Assembly: GCA_964444825.1 (NCBI GenBank)
Contig: CAYUIS010000004.1
Span: 482-55,140 of the forward strand
Direction of reading: 5' to 3'
Length of the DNA stretch: 54,659 bases
Origin: an uncultured Anaerolineales bacterium
GTDB lineage: Bacteria > Chloroflexota > Anaerolineae > B4-G1
How positions within the stretch are numbered: the stretch's first letter is position 1; every line of letters starts with the position of its first letter. Below the pieces are notes generated by a model. That model did not search any database, had not been told where the DNA came from, and saw only the letters and a list, made by a program, of their open reading frames with translations. A program made the translations under genes and the position numbers. Below, one piece after another: positions 36,554 to 45,577 of this stretch.

Positions 36554-37970
36554 TTCTCAGTCTCCTTGCTCGTGTCGAGAAACCAGGTTTTGTCGCTTCG
36601 CTTACACGAAAAACCTGGTTTCTTGTTGCCCAAACCACGTCTCGGATCGCCCGAATTGCGCGTTGCGGTGTGGGGAAGACGGGAATCCCCAGCGCGTGCA
36701 TACGGAAACGTTCAGTTTTTTCGACCTCCCCGCCGCCCAGGTAGGCGACGACAACGCGCGCCCCGACCCTCTCCTTGAGACGTTGAGCCACCTCCGCCGC
36801 GCCTGGGATCGGGTCCCCAAAGATGAGCAGATAGACATCGGCCAGGTCGTGCCGCTCGATGACGGAGGTCGCCGCCTCAAAGTGGGCTGCCGGAGCCACG
36901 GTCAGATCCAGGGGATTGGCAAGTATGGCGGTGGGCAGCAAGCCCGCGGCCTCGAGTTCTGCGACCGCCTCTGGCGGCAACGGTTCCACCCGCAGGCCAA
37001 GCCGCTCCCCCTCATCCGTCGCCAGGATGCCACAGCCGCCGGAGCTGGTGACGGTAAACACACGGTCGCCTCCGTTCAAATCCAGGCTGGACAGCGCCTT
37101 GGCGCTATCGTATAACGACTCGATGTCGGGCGTACGTACGATGCCGAACTGTCTACAAGCCGCGTCAAAGACCTCGTCCCTTCCGGCCAGCGACCGGGTG
37201 TGAGAAGCAGCCGCACGTCGCCCACCCTCTGTCCGCCCGGACTTTAAAGCGACGATTGGCTTGTTGGGAATTGCGCGTTTCACGGCCTCCAGGAACCGTC
37301 GACCATCCTTGGCTCCTTCGAGATAGAGCGCGATTACCCTGCTCTCCTCATCGTCAACGAAAAAGTCAATCAGGTCTGTCTCGCAGACGTCCACTTGGTT
37401 GCCCAGACTGACCGTCGCCGAGATGCCGAGGCCCTCATCCACAGCCCAGCCAGCCAGCGTGGCCGCTACCGTTCCACTCTGTGAGATTACGGCCAGAGAG
37501 CCGGACGCGGTGACCAATGGCCACGACGCGCAGAGCTTGTTAGGCCGGTAGTTGACTCCCTGGCAGTTCGGCCCCACGAGCCGTATGCCGGTCTCTGCGA
37601 CGATGTCCAGCAACTCTTGTTCCAGATCCTCCCGTCCCGATTCCCGAAACCCCCCACTGATAATGATACCGGCTGTGGCACCTTTGCCGACCGCCTCCCG
37701 CAGCGTCCCTGGAACAAACCGCGCTGGAACGACGACTACCACCAGGTCCAAGTTCGCTGGTATCTCACCTACCGTCGGATAGACCCGCAGCCCCAGAATC
37801 TCATCTGCCTTCGGATTGACCGGGTAGACTTCTCCTTCATACCCTCCGCTGACAATGTTCACCAGGATCTCGTGTCCTAACTTTGCCGGATTTGATGACG
37901 CCCCTACAACCGCCACAGAGCGTGCCCAGAACAACCGGGATATTCCGTTCTTTGTCGCTTTATCGTTCAT
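36531..37970 (-). CDS. acdA: Acyl-CoA synthetase (ADP-forming) alpha subunit
   Basis: VAVVGAS, YPVNP, GPNCQG, SQSG, SLGNQ, phospho-His motif AAASHTRSLAG, NPLDLT. Confidence 0.92.
   Translation of the reverse strand: MNDKATKNGISRLFWARSVAVVGASSNPAKLGHEILVNIVSGGYEGEVYPVNPKADEILGLRVYPTVGEIPANLDLVVVVVPARFVPGTLREAVGKGATAGIIISGGFRESGREDLEQELLDIVAETGIRLVGPNCQGVNYRPNKLCASWPLVTASGSLAVISQSGTVAATLAGWAVDEGLGISATVSLGNQVDVCETDLIDFFVDDEESRVIALYLEGAKDGRRFLEAVKRAIPNKPIVALKSGRTEGGRRAAASHTRSLAGRDEVFDAACRQFGIVRTPDIESLYDSAKALSSLDLNGGDRVFTVTSSGGCGILATDEGERLGLRVEPLPPEAVAELEAAGLLPTAILANPLDLTVAPAAHFEAATSVIERHDLADVYLLIFGDPIPGAAEVAQRLKERVGARVVVAYLGGGEVEKTERFRMHALGIPVFPTPQRAIRAIRDVVWATRNQVFRVSEATKPGFSTRARRLRIEQNRHK
36578..36623. 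repeat. AGAAACCAGG palindromic repeat, copy 2 (46 bp, inside the acdA 3' end)
   Basis: Exact reverse complement of 41711-41756. Confidence 0.9.
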
Positions 37971-38916
37971 TCCGTTTTGTTCCTCGTGCTCGCTGCATCA
38001 CCATCACCCCACCCATAATCAGCAGGACCCCCAAGCCCATGAGCCATGTCATCCGCTCCCCAACAAATGCCCAGGCAATCAGCGGCGCTAGCCCAACCTG
38101 GAGCGAGTTAAGCGTGCTGGCGCTGGCGATGGTGGTCAGCGAATACGCCGTAGTGACGCTGACGAGCGCGACTGTATTAAACAACCCGGCGATCAGTACG
38201 TTGAGCAACAGCCCTCGGGACGTGGTCACATACAGCGCTATGTTTCCAGTCGCGAGAAGATAGGCATTGTTGATCATGATACCCGTCAGCGTGGCAATGG
38301 CCAGCGCAGGAAAACGGTCAACGCCACGGCGCATCGTGTAGGTGACCAGCACGCCCGAGAGCGACCAACAGAACGCCGTAGCTGTAGCATACGGCACCGC
38401 CAGCCACCAAGTGGGTGAAAGCGTCACGTCGCCACTGCGCCCCAGTGACAACACAGATATCCCTAGCACGCTGATCGCCATTCCCGCCGCCATCCCACGG
38501 GTGAACGGCTCGTGCAGAAAAACCGCCGCGAGCAACGCCCCCCAGAATACCTGCGTGCCGGTGACTGGGCTGGCGACCAGGATACCACCCTTTTCCAACG
38601 CCGCAAACAGCAGTGGATTGGCGATCACAAAGGTCAGCACCCCGTAGCCGACCAGTGGGACGAGCAGCCGCCAGTCGCTCAGTGGCGAGACCAGGTTGGG
38701 GTCACGACGTCTGGCGCGCCACCCCATCACCAGAGAGAACAGGAAGATCGGCGTCGCCCGCAGGCTGACACCCAACATATAATTCAGGTCGCTTCCCCGC
38801 ACCGCTATACCGGTAAAGACATTGTTGAGTGCATAAGCAAGAGCCGCTGTTAATGCCCAGAATTCACCCTTGCCCAGACGAACGCGACGAATGGAGGAAC
38901 CACTCGGCAGGGTCAT
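37960..38916 (-). CDS. DMT/EamA-family transporter
   Basis: 10 TMs in two repeats with FLHEP and FVGER motifs. Confidence 0.9.
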   Translation of the reverse strand: MTLPSGSSIRRVRLGKGEFWALTAALAYALNNVFTGIAVRGSDLNYMLGVSLRATPIFLFSLVMGWRARRRDPNLVSPLSDWRLLVPLVGYGVLTFVIANPLLFAALEKGGILVASPVTGTQVFWGALLAAVFLHEPFTRGMAAGMAISVLGISVLSLGRSGDVTLSPTWWLAVPYATATAFCWSLSGVLVTYTMRRGVDRFPALAIATLTGIMINNAYLLATGNIALYVTTSRGLLLNVLIAGLFNTVALVSVTTAYSLTTIASASTLNSLQVGLAPLIAWAFVGERMTWLMGLGVLLIMGGVMVMQRARGTKRNER

Positions 38917-41699
38917 GCTTCAACTCCCCGGTTGCTCCGAGAGACCGCGCCAGTTTTGCTCACTTCGGCGGTCACACGATCCGGGGTGGCGGGCAGTCGG
39001 CGAATACGCACGCCGACAGCGTCATAGATTGCGTTGATGATGGCGGGTGCAGTGGGGATTGCGGCAGCCTCTGCGATGCCCTTAGCGCCGTAAGGTCCGT
39101 TCGGGTCCGGGTCCTCGATAAGCAGCACTTCCACCGGTGGCGCATCTTTGATGACCGGGATGCCGACTTTGGCCAGGGTATCCGTCGCCAGGTAGCCCCG
39201 ATCCAGAATGAACTCCTCCGAAAGCGCGTAGCCTAGCCCCATCAGGCAACTTCCCTCGATCTGCCCTCTTGCGCCGTGAGGGTTGATGGTCCGGCCGACA
39301 TCGTGAGCGGCGACGATCTTTCGCACGTGCACCTCGCCGCTGGCCTCGTCCACGTCCACGATGGCGGCCTGGGTGGCGTAGCTGAAGGAGACAAAGTTGA
39401 CGCGCTCGTCCTCGCCGCTCGCTTCGAGGGAAAATGTCGGCGGTGGATTGTACGTATGCTCCACGGATAGCGTCCGTCCCTCAGCCTGGAGCCGTGCGGC
39501 TAGTTGGACCAGCGCCTCGGTAGTGAATCTTGTTTCGCCTGGCAGCTCTGCCTTCAACTGTGCCAGGAACAGCGGTGCAGCCTCAACCACGGCGTTGCCC
39601 GACATGAAGGTGGTGCGCGAAGCGCTGGTGATGCCGCCATCGGGAGTACGGGCCGTGTCGCAGGCCAGCACGTCAACGTCCGTGTATGGCACACCCAAGG
39701 CATGTGCCGCTATCTGCGCGATGACTGTGTCGGCTCCCTGGCCCAGGTCGGCCCCGCCGAACCGGACGAGAAAACGTCCCTCTGGCGTCAACTCTATCGC
39801 CGCGCCAGTAGGTTCCGGCAAGCCCAATCCCAGTCCGACGTTCTTGTAGCAACTGGCCACGCCCACACCGCGCCGGTGGCCGGCCGCCGGTGGCGGCAAC
39901 TCGGCCTTTGTTGCCTCTAGCGCTTTTTCAAGTTGCGTCAGCGTCTCTACAAACGGCACGCTCTCGGCCAGCACCTGACCGGTCGCTGTCCTGCTGCCGG
40001 GCCTTAGGCCGTTGATACGGCGTAACTCGAATGGGCTGATCCCCAGCTTTTCGGCCACCTCGTCTACCAAAGACTCGATGGCAAAGGCCGACTGGGGGAT
40101 GCCGAAACCCCGCATCGCCCCGCACGCGACGTTGTTGGTGTAGACAGAAAGCCCCTTGATGCGCAGGTTGGGGATGTCGTAGGGGCCGGTGGCAAAGAGT
40201 GTGGCCTGGTCGAGCACCGGGATTCCCGCGCTGGAGTAGGCCCCGGTGTCGGCCAGGATGTCACAGGTCAGGGCGACCAATCGGCCGTCGTGGGTCGCGC
40301 CCAGACGGACGGTGTGCTCCATCGCGTGGCGCTTGGTGTGGAAGCGCAGGCTCTCGGCCCGCGTCAGGTCCATGTTGACCGGTCGCCGGGCGTGGAAGGC
40401 TGCCAGCGCCAGGTAGGGATGCAAACTCATATCGTTGCGCGCGCCAAACGCGCCGCCTGGGGAGACGTGTACCAACCGTACCTTCTCCAGCGGCAGCCCC
40501 AGCACCTCGGCCACCCCCCGGTGATGGAACGAGACGGCTTGACTTGCCATCCAAACTGTGACCACGTCGTCCCCGTCCAGCGCCGCCGCGCCGGCCTCCG
40601 GCTCCAGGTAGGCGTGTTCAATGAAGGGTGTGCGGAAGGTGAAAACGACGACCACGTCTGCCTTGGCCATCGCCGCCTCGACATCCCCCCTTTCGACGTG
40701 GGTGGCGTACATCACGTTGCTGGGTTCGTCGCCGGGGCGCGGTGGGTGGAGAATGGGCGCATCTGGGGCCAGCGCCTCGTGGGGCGAAAAGACCCCCGCC
40801 AACTCACGGTATTCGACGCGCACCTGCTCCGCGGCGGCCCGAGCGCTCGCTTCAGATTCGGCCACAACCAGCGCCAGCACGTCGCTGATGGAGCGCACCC
40901 GCCCGCCCACGGGCACAAAGACCGGCTGGTGGGGGATGATGATGCCAAAACTATTCCGCCCAGGGACATCCTCAGCAGTGAGCACCGCGACCACGCCCGC
41001 CATCGCCTCGGCCTGGCTTGTGTCCAGAGCGAGCAGTTCAGCATAGGGGTGTTGGCTGAATATGGCCACCGCGTGCAACGCTCCCCCGTCCTTGGCTCCC
41101 GGGCCAAGTTGCGGCTTCCAGTCAGCGCCGTAACGGTGCGTGCCGGTAACCTTTGGCACACCATCCTTGCGCACCACAGCCCGCCCAACTACGTTCGAGT
41201 CTTCCCCAAAGTCCAGCAGGATATCCGTTCCATCGCGCAGGGCCGCCGCTGCCCGGTGCACAGCCGCGATGATCGTGTTGTAGCCGGTGCAGCGGCAGAG
41301 ATGACCGGTGAACCACTCACGAATCTCGTCGTCGGTGGGATCGGGGTTCTGGTCGAGCAGCGCCTGGGCCGCCAGTAGCATCCCCGGGGTGCAAAAGCCG
41401 CACTGCACAGCACCTTCCGCCAGAAACGCCTTTTGAATGGGATGGAGGGCGCCGTCCGGACCAGCGAGCCCTTCGACGGTGAGCACATGGCGTCCCTGGG
41501 CTTTTAACGCGGGCGTGATGCACGAGGCCACTGGCTCCCCGTCGAGCAACACGGTGCAGGCCCCACACTCGCCCTCACCACAACCGACCTTGACGCCGGT
41601 TAACCCGAGCTGGTCGCGCAATACGTCAACCAGCATCGCCCCTGGCGCTACATCAACCGAAATCTCTTGTCTGTTTACACGCATCGCTAGCGTGCCCAT
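38913..41699 (-). CDS. Xanthine dehydrogenase-family molybdenum enzyme, [2Fe-2S] domain fused to the Mo-binding subunit
   Basis: GCGEGECGAC, QCGFC, CRCTGY; GGAFG, AMRGFG, SASR, GQIEG, GAKGIAE (catalytic Glu). Confidence 0.92.
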   Translation of the reverse strand: MGTLAMRVNRQEISVDVAPGAMLVDVLRDQLGLTGVKVGCGEGECGACTVLLDGEPVASCITPALKAQGRHVLTVEGLAGPDGALHPIQKAFLAEGAVQCGFCTPGMLLAAQALLDQNPDPTDDEIREWFTGHLCRCTGYNTIIAAVHRAAAALRDGTDILLDFGEDSNVVGRAVVRKDGVPKVTGTHRYGADWKPQLGPGAKDGGALHAVAIFSQHPYAELLALDTSQAEAMAGVVAVLTAEDVPGRNSFGIIIPHQPVFVPVGGRVRSISDVLALVVAESEASARAAAEQVRVEYRELAGVFSPHEALAPDAPILHPPRPGDEPSNVMYATHVERGDVEAAMAKADVVVVFTFRTPFIEHAYLEPEAGAAALDGDDVVTVWMASQAVSFHHRGVAEVLGLPLEKVRLVHVSPGGAFGARNDMSLHPYLALAAFHARRPVNMDLTRAESLRFHTKRHAMEHTVRLGATHDGRLVALTCDILADTGAYSSAGIPVLDQATLFATGPYDIPNLRIKGLSVYTNNVACGAMRGFGIPQSAFAIESLVDEVAEKLGISPFELRRINGLRPGSRTATGQVLAESVPFVETLTQLEKALEATKAELPPPAAGHRRGVGVASCYKNVGLGLGLPEPTGAAIELTPEGRFLVRFGGADLGQGADTVIAQIAAHALGVPYTDVDVLACDTARTPDGGITSASRTTFMSGNAVVEAAPLFLAQLKAELPGETRFTTEALVQLAARLQAEGRTLSVEHTYNPPPTFSLEASGEDERVNFVSFSYATQAAIVDVDEASGEVHVRKIVAAHDVGRTINPHGARGQIEGSCLMGLGYALSEEFILDRGYLATDTLAKVGIPVIKDAPPVEVLLIEDPDPNGPYGAKGIAEAAAIPTAPAIINAIYDAVGVRIRRLPATPDRVTAEVSKTGAVSRSNRGVEA

Positions 41700-41708
41700 A
41701 GATACTCC

Positions 41709-42602
41709 TCAGAAACCAGGTTTTTCGTGTAAGCGAAGCGACAAAACCTGGTTTCTAGCTTGCTTCAACACACTCTGCACCAACACCGCCACCATCGCCT
41801 CGCGGTAGACCTTTGAGCAACGCAGGAAGCTGTCGCGAGGGCTGGCCCCCTCCTGCGCCAACGTCGCGGCGTGGACAATCGTCTCGGCAGTCACCGGCTG
41901 ACCAGCCATCCACGCTTCGGCGGTGGCAGCGCGGAACGGTCGCGGTCCCACCGGCCCCAGCGCGATAGCGGTCGACGCGAACCTATCTCCATCCAACTGC
42001 ACGATAGCCGCCGCACACATCACCGGCAGGGCGATGGACTTGCACTTACCCAGCCGTCGGTAGGCTGAGCCAACCTGTCCGGTCGGCAGCCGAAAACGGA
42101 ATGCCCGCACGAGTTCGGCGGTACTGTCCACGCGTGAAACGCCGGGACCTTTATACAGTTCGATCAACCCTGCCCAGCGCGGGCCGTCCACACCAACGAC
42201 TTCGGCCTCAGCGTCCAGCGCCAGGAGCGCTAGCGCAGCGTCAGCGGCGGGTTGGGCGTTGACCACATTCCCCCCTAGCGTGCCGACGTTGCGAACCTGC
42301 GTTGACCCGATCTCGGCGGCGGCCTGGGCCAACACCGTAACTCGCTCTCGAATCAGTGGGGACGCAACTACCTCGGCGTGGGTCGTCGCCGCGCCGATCG
42401 TGACAAAGCCATCGGTCTTGGAAATACCCCGCAACGCATCGACACGGCTGATGTCCACCAGGCAACTCGCCTGCCGCTCGCCGCGCCGCAGTTGCAGCAC
42501 CAGGTCGGTACCGCCAGCGACCACGCGCGCCCGCCCACCATAGTCAGCCAGCATTTGTAGGGCTTGGTCAACGGTTGCGGGATAGAGATACTCTTGCCAC
42601 AT
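41709..42602 (-). CDS. Xanthine dehydrogenase-family FAD-binding subunit
   Basis: AGGTDL, IGAATT, QVRNVGTLGGN, PAAD. Confidence 0.92.
   Translation of the reverse strand: MWQEYLYPATVDQALQMLADYGGRARVVAGGTDLVLQLRRGERQASCLVDISRVDALRGISKTDGFVTIGAATTHAEVVASPLIRERVTVLAQAAAEIGSTQVRNVGTLGGNVVNAQPAADAALALLALDAEAEVVGVDGPRWAGLIELYKGPGVSRVDSTAELVRAFRFRLPTGQVGSAYRRLGKCKSIALPVMCAAAIVQLDGDRFASTAIALGPVGPRPFRAATAEAWMAGQPVTAETIVHAATLAQEGASPRDSFLRCSKVYREAMVAVLVQSVLKQARNQVLSLRLHEKPGF
41711..41756. repeat. AGAAACCAGG palindromic repeat, copy 3 (encodes the C-terminus of the FAD subunit)
   Basis: 46 bp; translated as RNQVLSLRLHEKPGF. Confidence 0.9.
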
Positions 42603-42648
42603 ACAGCCTCCAAATCCGTGAACGCAAAACGTTACACAGAGTCACGCA

Positions 42649-43758
42649 TCACTCTCCGTTCTCCAGATACTCGTACAACCGCTCCACGCTCCAGTCTGTG
42701 TCGAAACCCAGCTTGTCCAGCGAGCGGCCCTCGGCGCGGAAATCGCGGTCGAGCAGGCCCGAGGCGACGGTGACGATTGCGTCGCTCACAGGGGTCGGCA
42801 CGCCCATCAAACGACCCAGCTCGCAGTACGTGAACAGGCCGTAGGGAATATCCTCGGTCAGATGACGCGTGTCGAGCTTGAACGGCCCCTCACAGATCTC
42901 CAGGTTCTCAGTATGGATGGCGTCGTAGAGCGGTAACACCCCTTCGTCCTCACGCCCCTTGGGGTTCCAGCCGACGTGATAGATCTCCTCCTCCAGCGTG
43001 TACGCCTTGATGCCCAGCGCCTCCGAAAGCGCCATCCGCTCCCGATCTACCAGCTTGATCAGGTTGACCACCGCTGGAGTATTGGCCGTCTTGTCAAAGA
43101 GACAGAAGGTGGGATCGCCACGCTCGATGCGGGCCGCGTTGCAGATCATCGGCGGCGGATGGGTGATGGCGTTATAGTCCACCAGAATCGTCTCCAACAC
43201 GCTGCTGGCCGGACGGATCGAATAGTCCGGGAAGGCCGCCTTGAGGGTATTTACCACACGATCGCTCAGTTTGCCGGGAAAGGCGGCGGTGATCAGCTCC
43301 ATCACCCGCGCCTCGATACGCACCAGCGTCGGTTCCATCTTGGTCGCGCCGTAGGGGAGCGTGTTGGTATCGCCCAGCGCCACGTCGGCGGTGACGCCCG
43401 CGTCCCGAAAGACCTTGCCATAGATCAAGCACGCGCCGCCTTTTCCCCAGATGACAATCGTCTGTCCATCCTCAACGTGAGGCGCACAGACGCGGGCAAA
43501 AACCTCGTGGGCAAAGGCCGGCACTGGGTTAAAGACGTACTCGGCTCCCCGCATTGCCTCGGCGACGCTAGATGTAACGGTATCAATCTCGGCAAAGCCC
43601 TCGTCCATGATCTCGATGCCACCACGCGCTTGGATAGGTTCCAGCACGTGGGCAAACTCGGGTAGGTCATACAGCGCAACGGAGTGACCGCGCAGCGTCA
43701 GGTCGGCCGCGGCCGCACAGCCCCCATTGCCCGCACCCAGGATTGCGATTCTTGACAT
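42649..43758 (-). CDS. NAD/NADP octopine/nopaline (opine) dehydrogenase-family protein
   Basis: GAGNGG Rossmann motif, TLPYG, NAITHPP, RHLTEDIPYGL, GVPTP; ATG 43758 after AGGAGGAG. Confidence 0.9.
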   Translation of the reverse strand: MSRIAILGAGNGGCAAAADLTLRGHSVALYDLPEFAHVLEPIQARGGIEIMDEGFAEIDTVTSSVAEAMRGAEYVFNPVPAFAHEVFARVCAPHVEDGQTIVIWGKGGACLIYGKVFRDAGVTADVALGDTNTLPYGATKMEPTLVRIEARVMELITAAFPGKLSDRVVNTLKAAFPDYSIRPASSVLETILVDYNAITHPPPMICNAARIERGDPTFCLFDKTANTPAVVNLIKLVDRERMALSEALGIKAYTLEEEIYHVGWNPKGREDEGVLPLYDAIHTENLEICEGPFKLDTRHLTEDIPYGLFTYCELGRLMGVPTPVSDAIVTVASGLLDRDFRAEGRSLDKLGFDTDWSVERLYEYLENGE

Positions 43759-43780
43759 AGTTATCTCCTCCTGCGGAGAA

Positions 43781-43814
43781 AGAAACCAGGTTCTTCGCAA
43801 AAAACCTGGTTTCT
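43781..43814. repeat. AGAAACCAGG palindromic repeat, copy 4
   Basis: AGAAACCAGGTTCTTCGCAAAAAACCTGGTTTCT, abutting the hydantoinase B stop. Confidence 0.85.
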
Positions 43815-45577
43815 CAGTTGGTCTCACACCGCAGCTTCTCTGTCGCCCCTTCGTCCACCTCACCTTCCCGTATCACCACCCCGTAGAGTTCCTCGGCAGC
43901 CTGGAGGCTGATGTACCCGTTGCGCACGTCATCGAGAACAGCCGCAGGGTCGCGCTCCAGTGGATTGCCCCAGCCGCCCCCGCCCGACGAGTAGACCGTG
44001 TACGTGTCGCCCTTCTTGAGCTGGCGCATACCCTTGGCGGGCAGCACCTCCTCGTCGTCGGTGCCCTCGTTGATCACCAAGTAGTTGGTCCGGCCAGGGA
44101 GTCCCCCGTACAAACCAAAGGGCGGATTCCGCATACCGTCGCCAAAGATGGCGAGGAAAGGCTCTTCATCGTAGAAACGGATAGAGTAACGTACGCCCAG
44201 CCCTCCACGATACTTGCCCGCACCGCCCGAGTCGACAAGGAATTCGTGGAACTCGGTGATACTTGGCATATCCAGTTCGTTCGTCTCGATGTTGGGGGCG
44301 GTCAGACCGCCCAGGTCAATTCCATCGCCGACGTAGCTAGGACCATCTTGGAAGGGCATCGCACCACCGCCGCCCATCCCACAGAAGGCGTAACTGACGT
44401 AGAACTCGCCGCTGCGCGGGTCAATGCCAGAGACCGCCGGGCCGCACCAGCGGTTCCACGCAGCCGTGGCGCGCTCGGGCAGCGCCTTTGACAGCGCCAT
44501 GTACATCGCCTCCAACACCGCGCAGGCGGTATCCAGCGTGCAACTTGCTACCGGCGCGGGGGGCAGCGGATTGACCAGCGTTCCCTCCGGTGCGGTGATA
44601 TGGATCGGCTGATACGCGCCCTCGTTGTGCGGCACGTCGAGACTTACGCACGTCAGCACGGCCACGTAGACCGAGGTACAAGAGTTGGCAAAGGGGCTGT
44701 TGATGAAACCGGTTGTCTGTGGATCGGTGCCGTCGAAATCGACCCACATCTCGTCCCCTTCCACCTTGATGGTCACCTTGACCTTGATGTCTCGCCGGTC
44801 AAAGCCATCGTCGTCGAGGATGGCCTCGCCCTCGTAGACGCCGTCGGGGATCTTACTGATCTCGGCCCGCATCATCTGCTCGGCGTAGACCTGGATGGCG
44901 TCCAGGATCTCTTTTACACGCGCCACGCCAAGTTCGTCGGCAATCTCCAACAACCGCCGTTCGGCCACGTTGCACGAGGCGACCTGGGCGCGGATATCAC
45001 TCTCGAACAGATCGGGCATACGGGTGTTGATTTTGAGCAGATCAATGATGTACTGGATCGGCTCGTCGTTCTCATAGACGCGGATGGGTGGGATGCGAAT
45101 CCCCTCGTGAAAGATCTCTTGTGCCTCTGGGCTGTAGCTGCCGGCGACCATCCCGCCGATATCCAGATGATGGGCGCGGTTGATCGCCATGAACAGCAGC
45201 TCGCCTTTGTAATAGATCGGCTTGACCACTGTGACGTCAGCCAGATGCGTGCCGCCTTCGTAAGGGTCGTTGATCAGGTAGACGTCACCGGGCTTTATCT
45301 CTTCCTGAAACCTATCCACAATGGCCCGCGCCGCCATCATCGAGGAAGCTGTGTGGGAAGGCACGCCATCCACCTGGGCGACGATGCGTGGCACCCAGTC
45401 GCAGATCGCGCACGAAAAGTCGTGCACCTCGGCAAAGATCGGCGAGCGGGAAGTGCGCATCATCGTGATGCCCATCTCCTTGTTGATCGTCCCCAGCCGA
45501 TGAAAGACAACCGCCATCGTGATCGGGTCAACGCTCATCTGTCCATTGTTCATAGACTCGTTATTCATTTTTCCCAT
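43814..45577 (-). CDS. Hydantoinase B / oxoprolinase-family subunit
   Basis: DFSCAI, NDPYEGGTHLAD, HHLDIGG, EGIRIPP, DSGGAGKYRGG, GGGGWGNPLER. The exact start is uncertain (several Met within 45538-45577). Confidence 0.92.
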   Translation of the reverse strand: MGKMNNESMNNGQMSVDPITMAVVFHRLGTINKEMGITMMRTSRSPIFAEVHDFSCAICDWVPRIVAQVDGVPSHTASSMMAARAIVDRFQEEIKPGDVYLINDPYEGGTHLADVTVVKPIYYKGELLFMAINRAHHLDIGGMVAGSYSPEAQEIFHEGIRIPPIRVYENDEPIQYIIDLLKINTRMPDLFESDIRAQVASCNVAERRLLEIADELGVARVKEILDAIQVYAEQMMRAEISKIPDGVYEGEAILDDDGFDRRDIKVKVTIKVEGDEMWVDFDGTDPQTTGFINSPFANSCTSVYVAVLTCVSLDVPHNEGAYQPIHITAPEGTLVNPLPPAPVASCTLDTACAVLEAMYMALSKALPERATAAWNRWCGPAVSGIDPRSGEFYVSYAFCGMGGGGAMPFQDGPSYVGDGIDLGGLTAPNIETNELDMPSITEFHEFLVDSGGAGKYRGGLGVRYSIRFYDEEPFLAIFGDGMRNPPFGLYGGLPGRTNYLVINEGTDDEEVLPAKGMRQLKKGDTYTVYSSGGGGWGNPLERDPAAVLDDVRNGYISLQAAEELYGVVIREGEVDEGATEKLRCETN

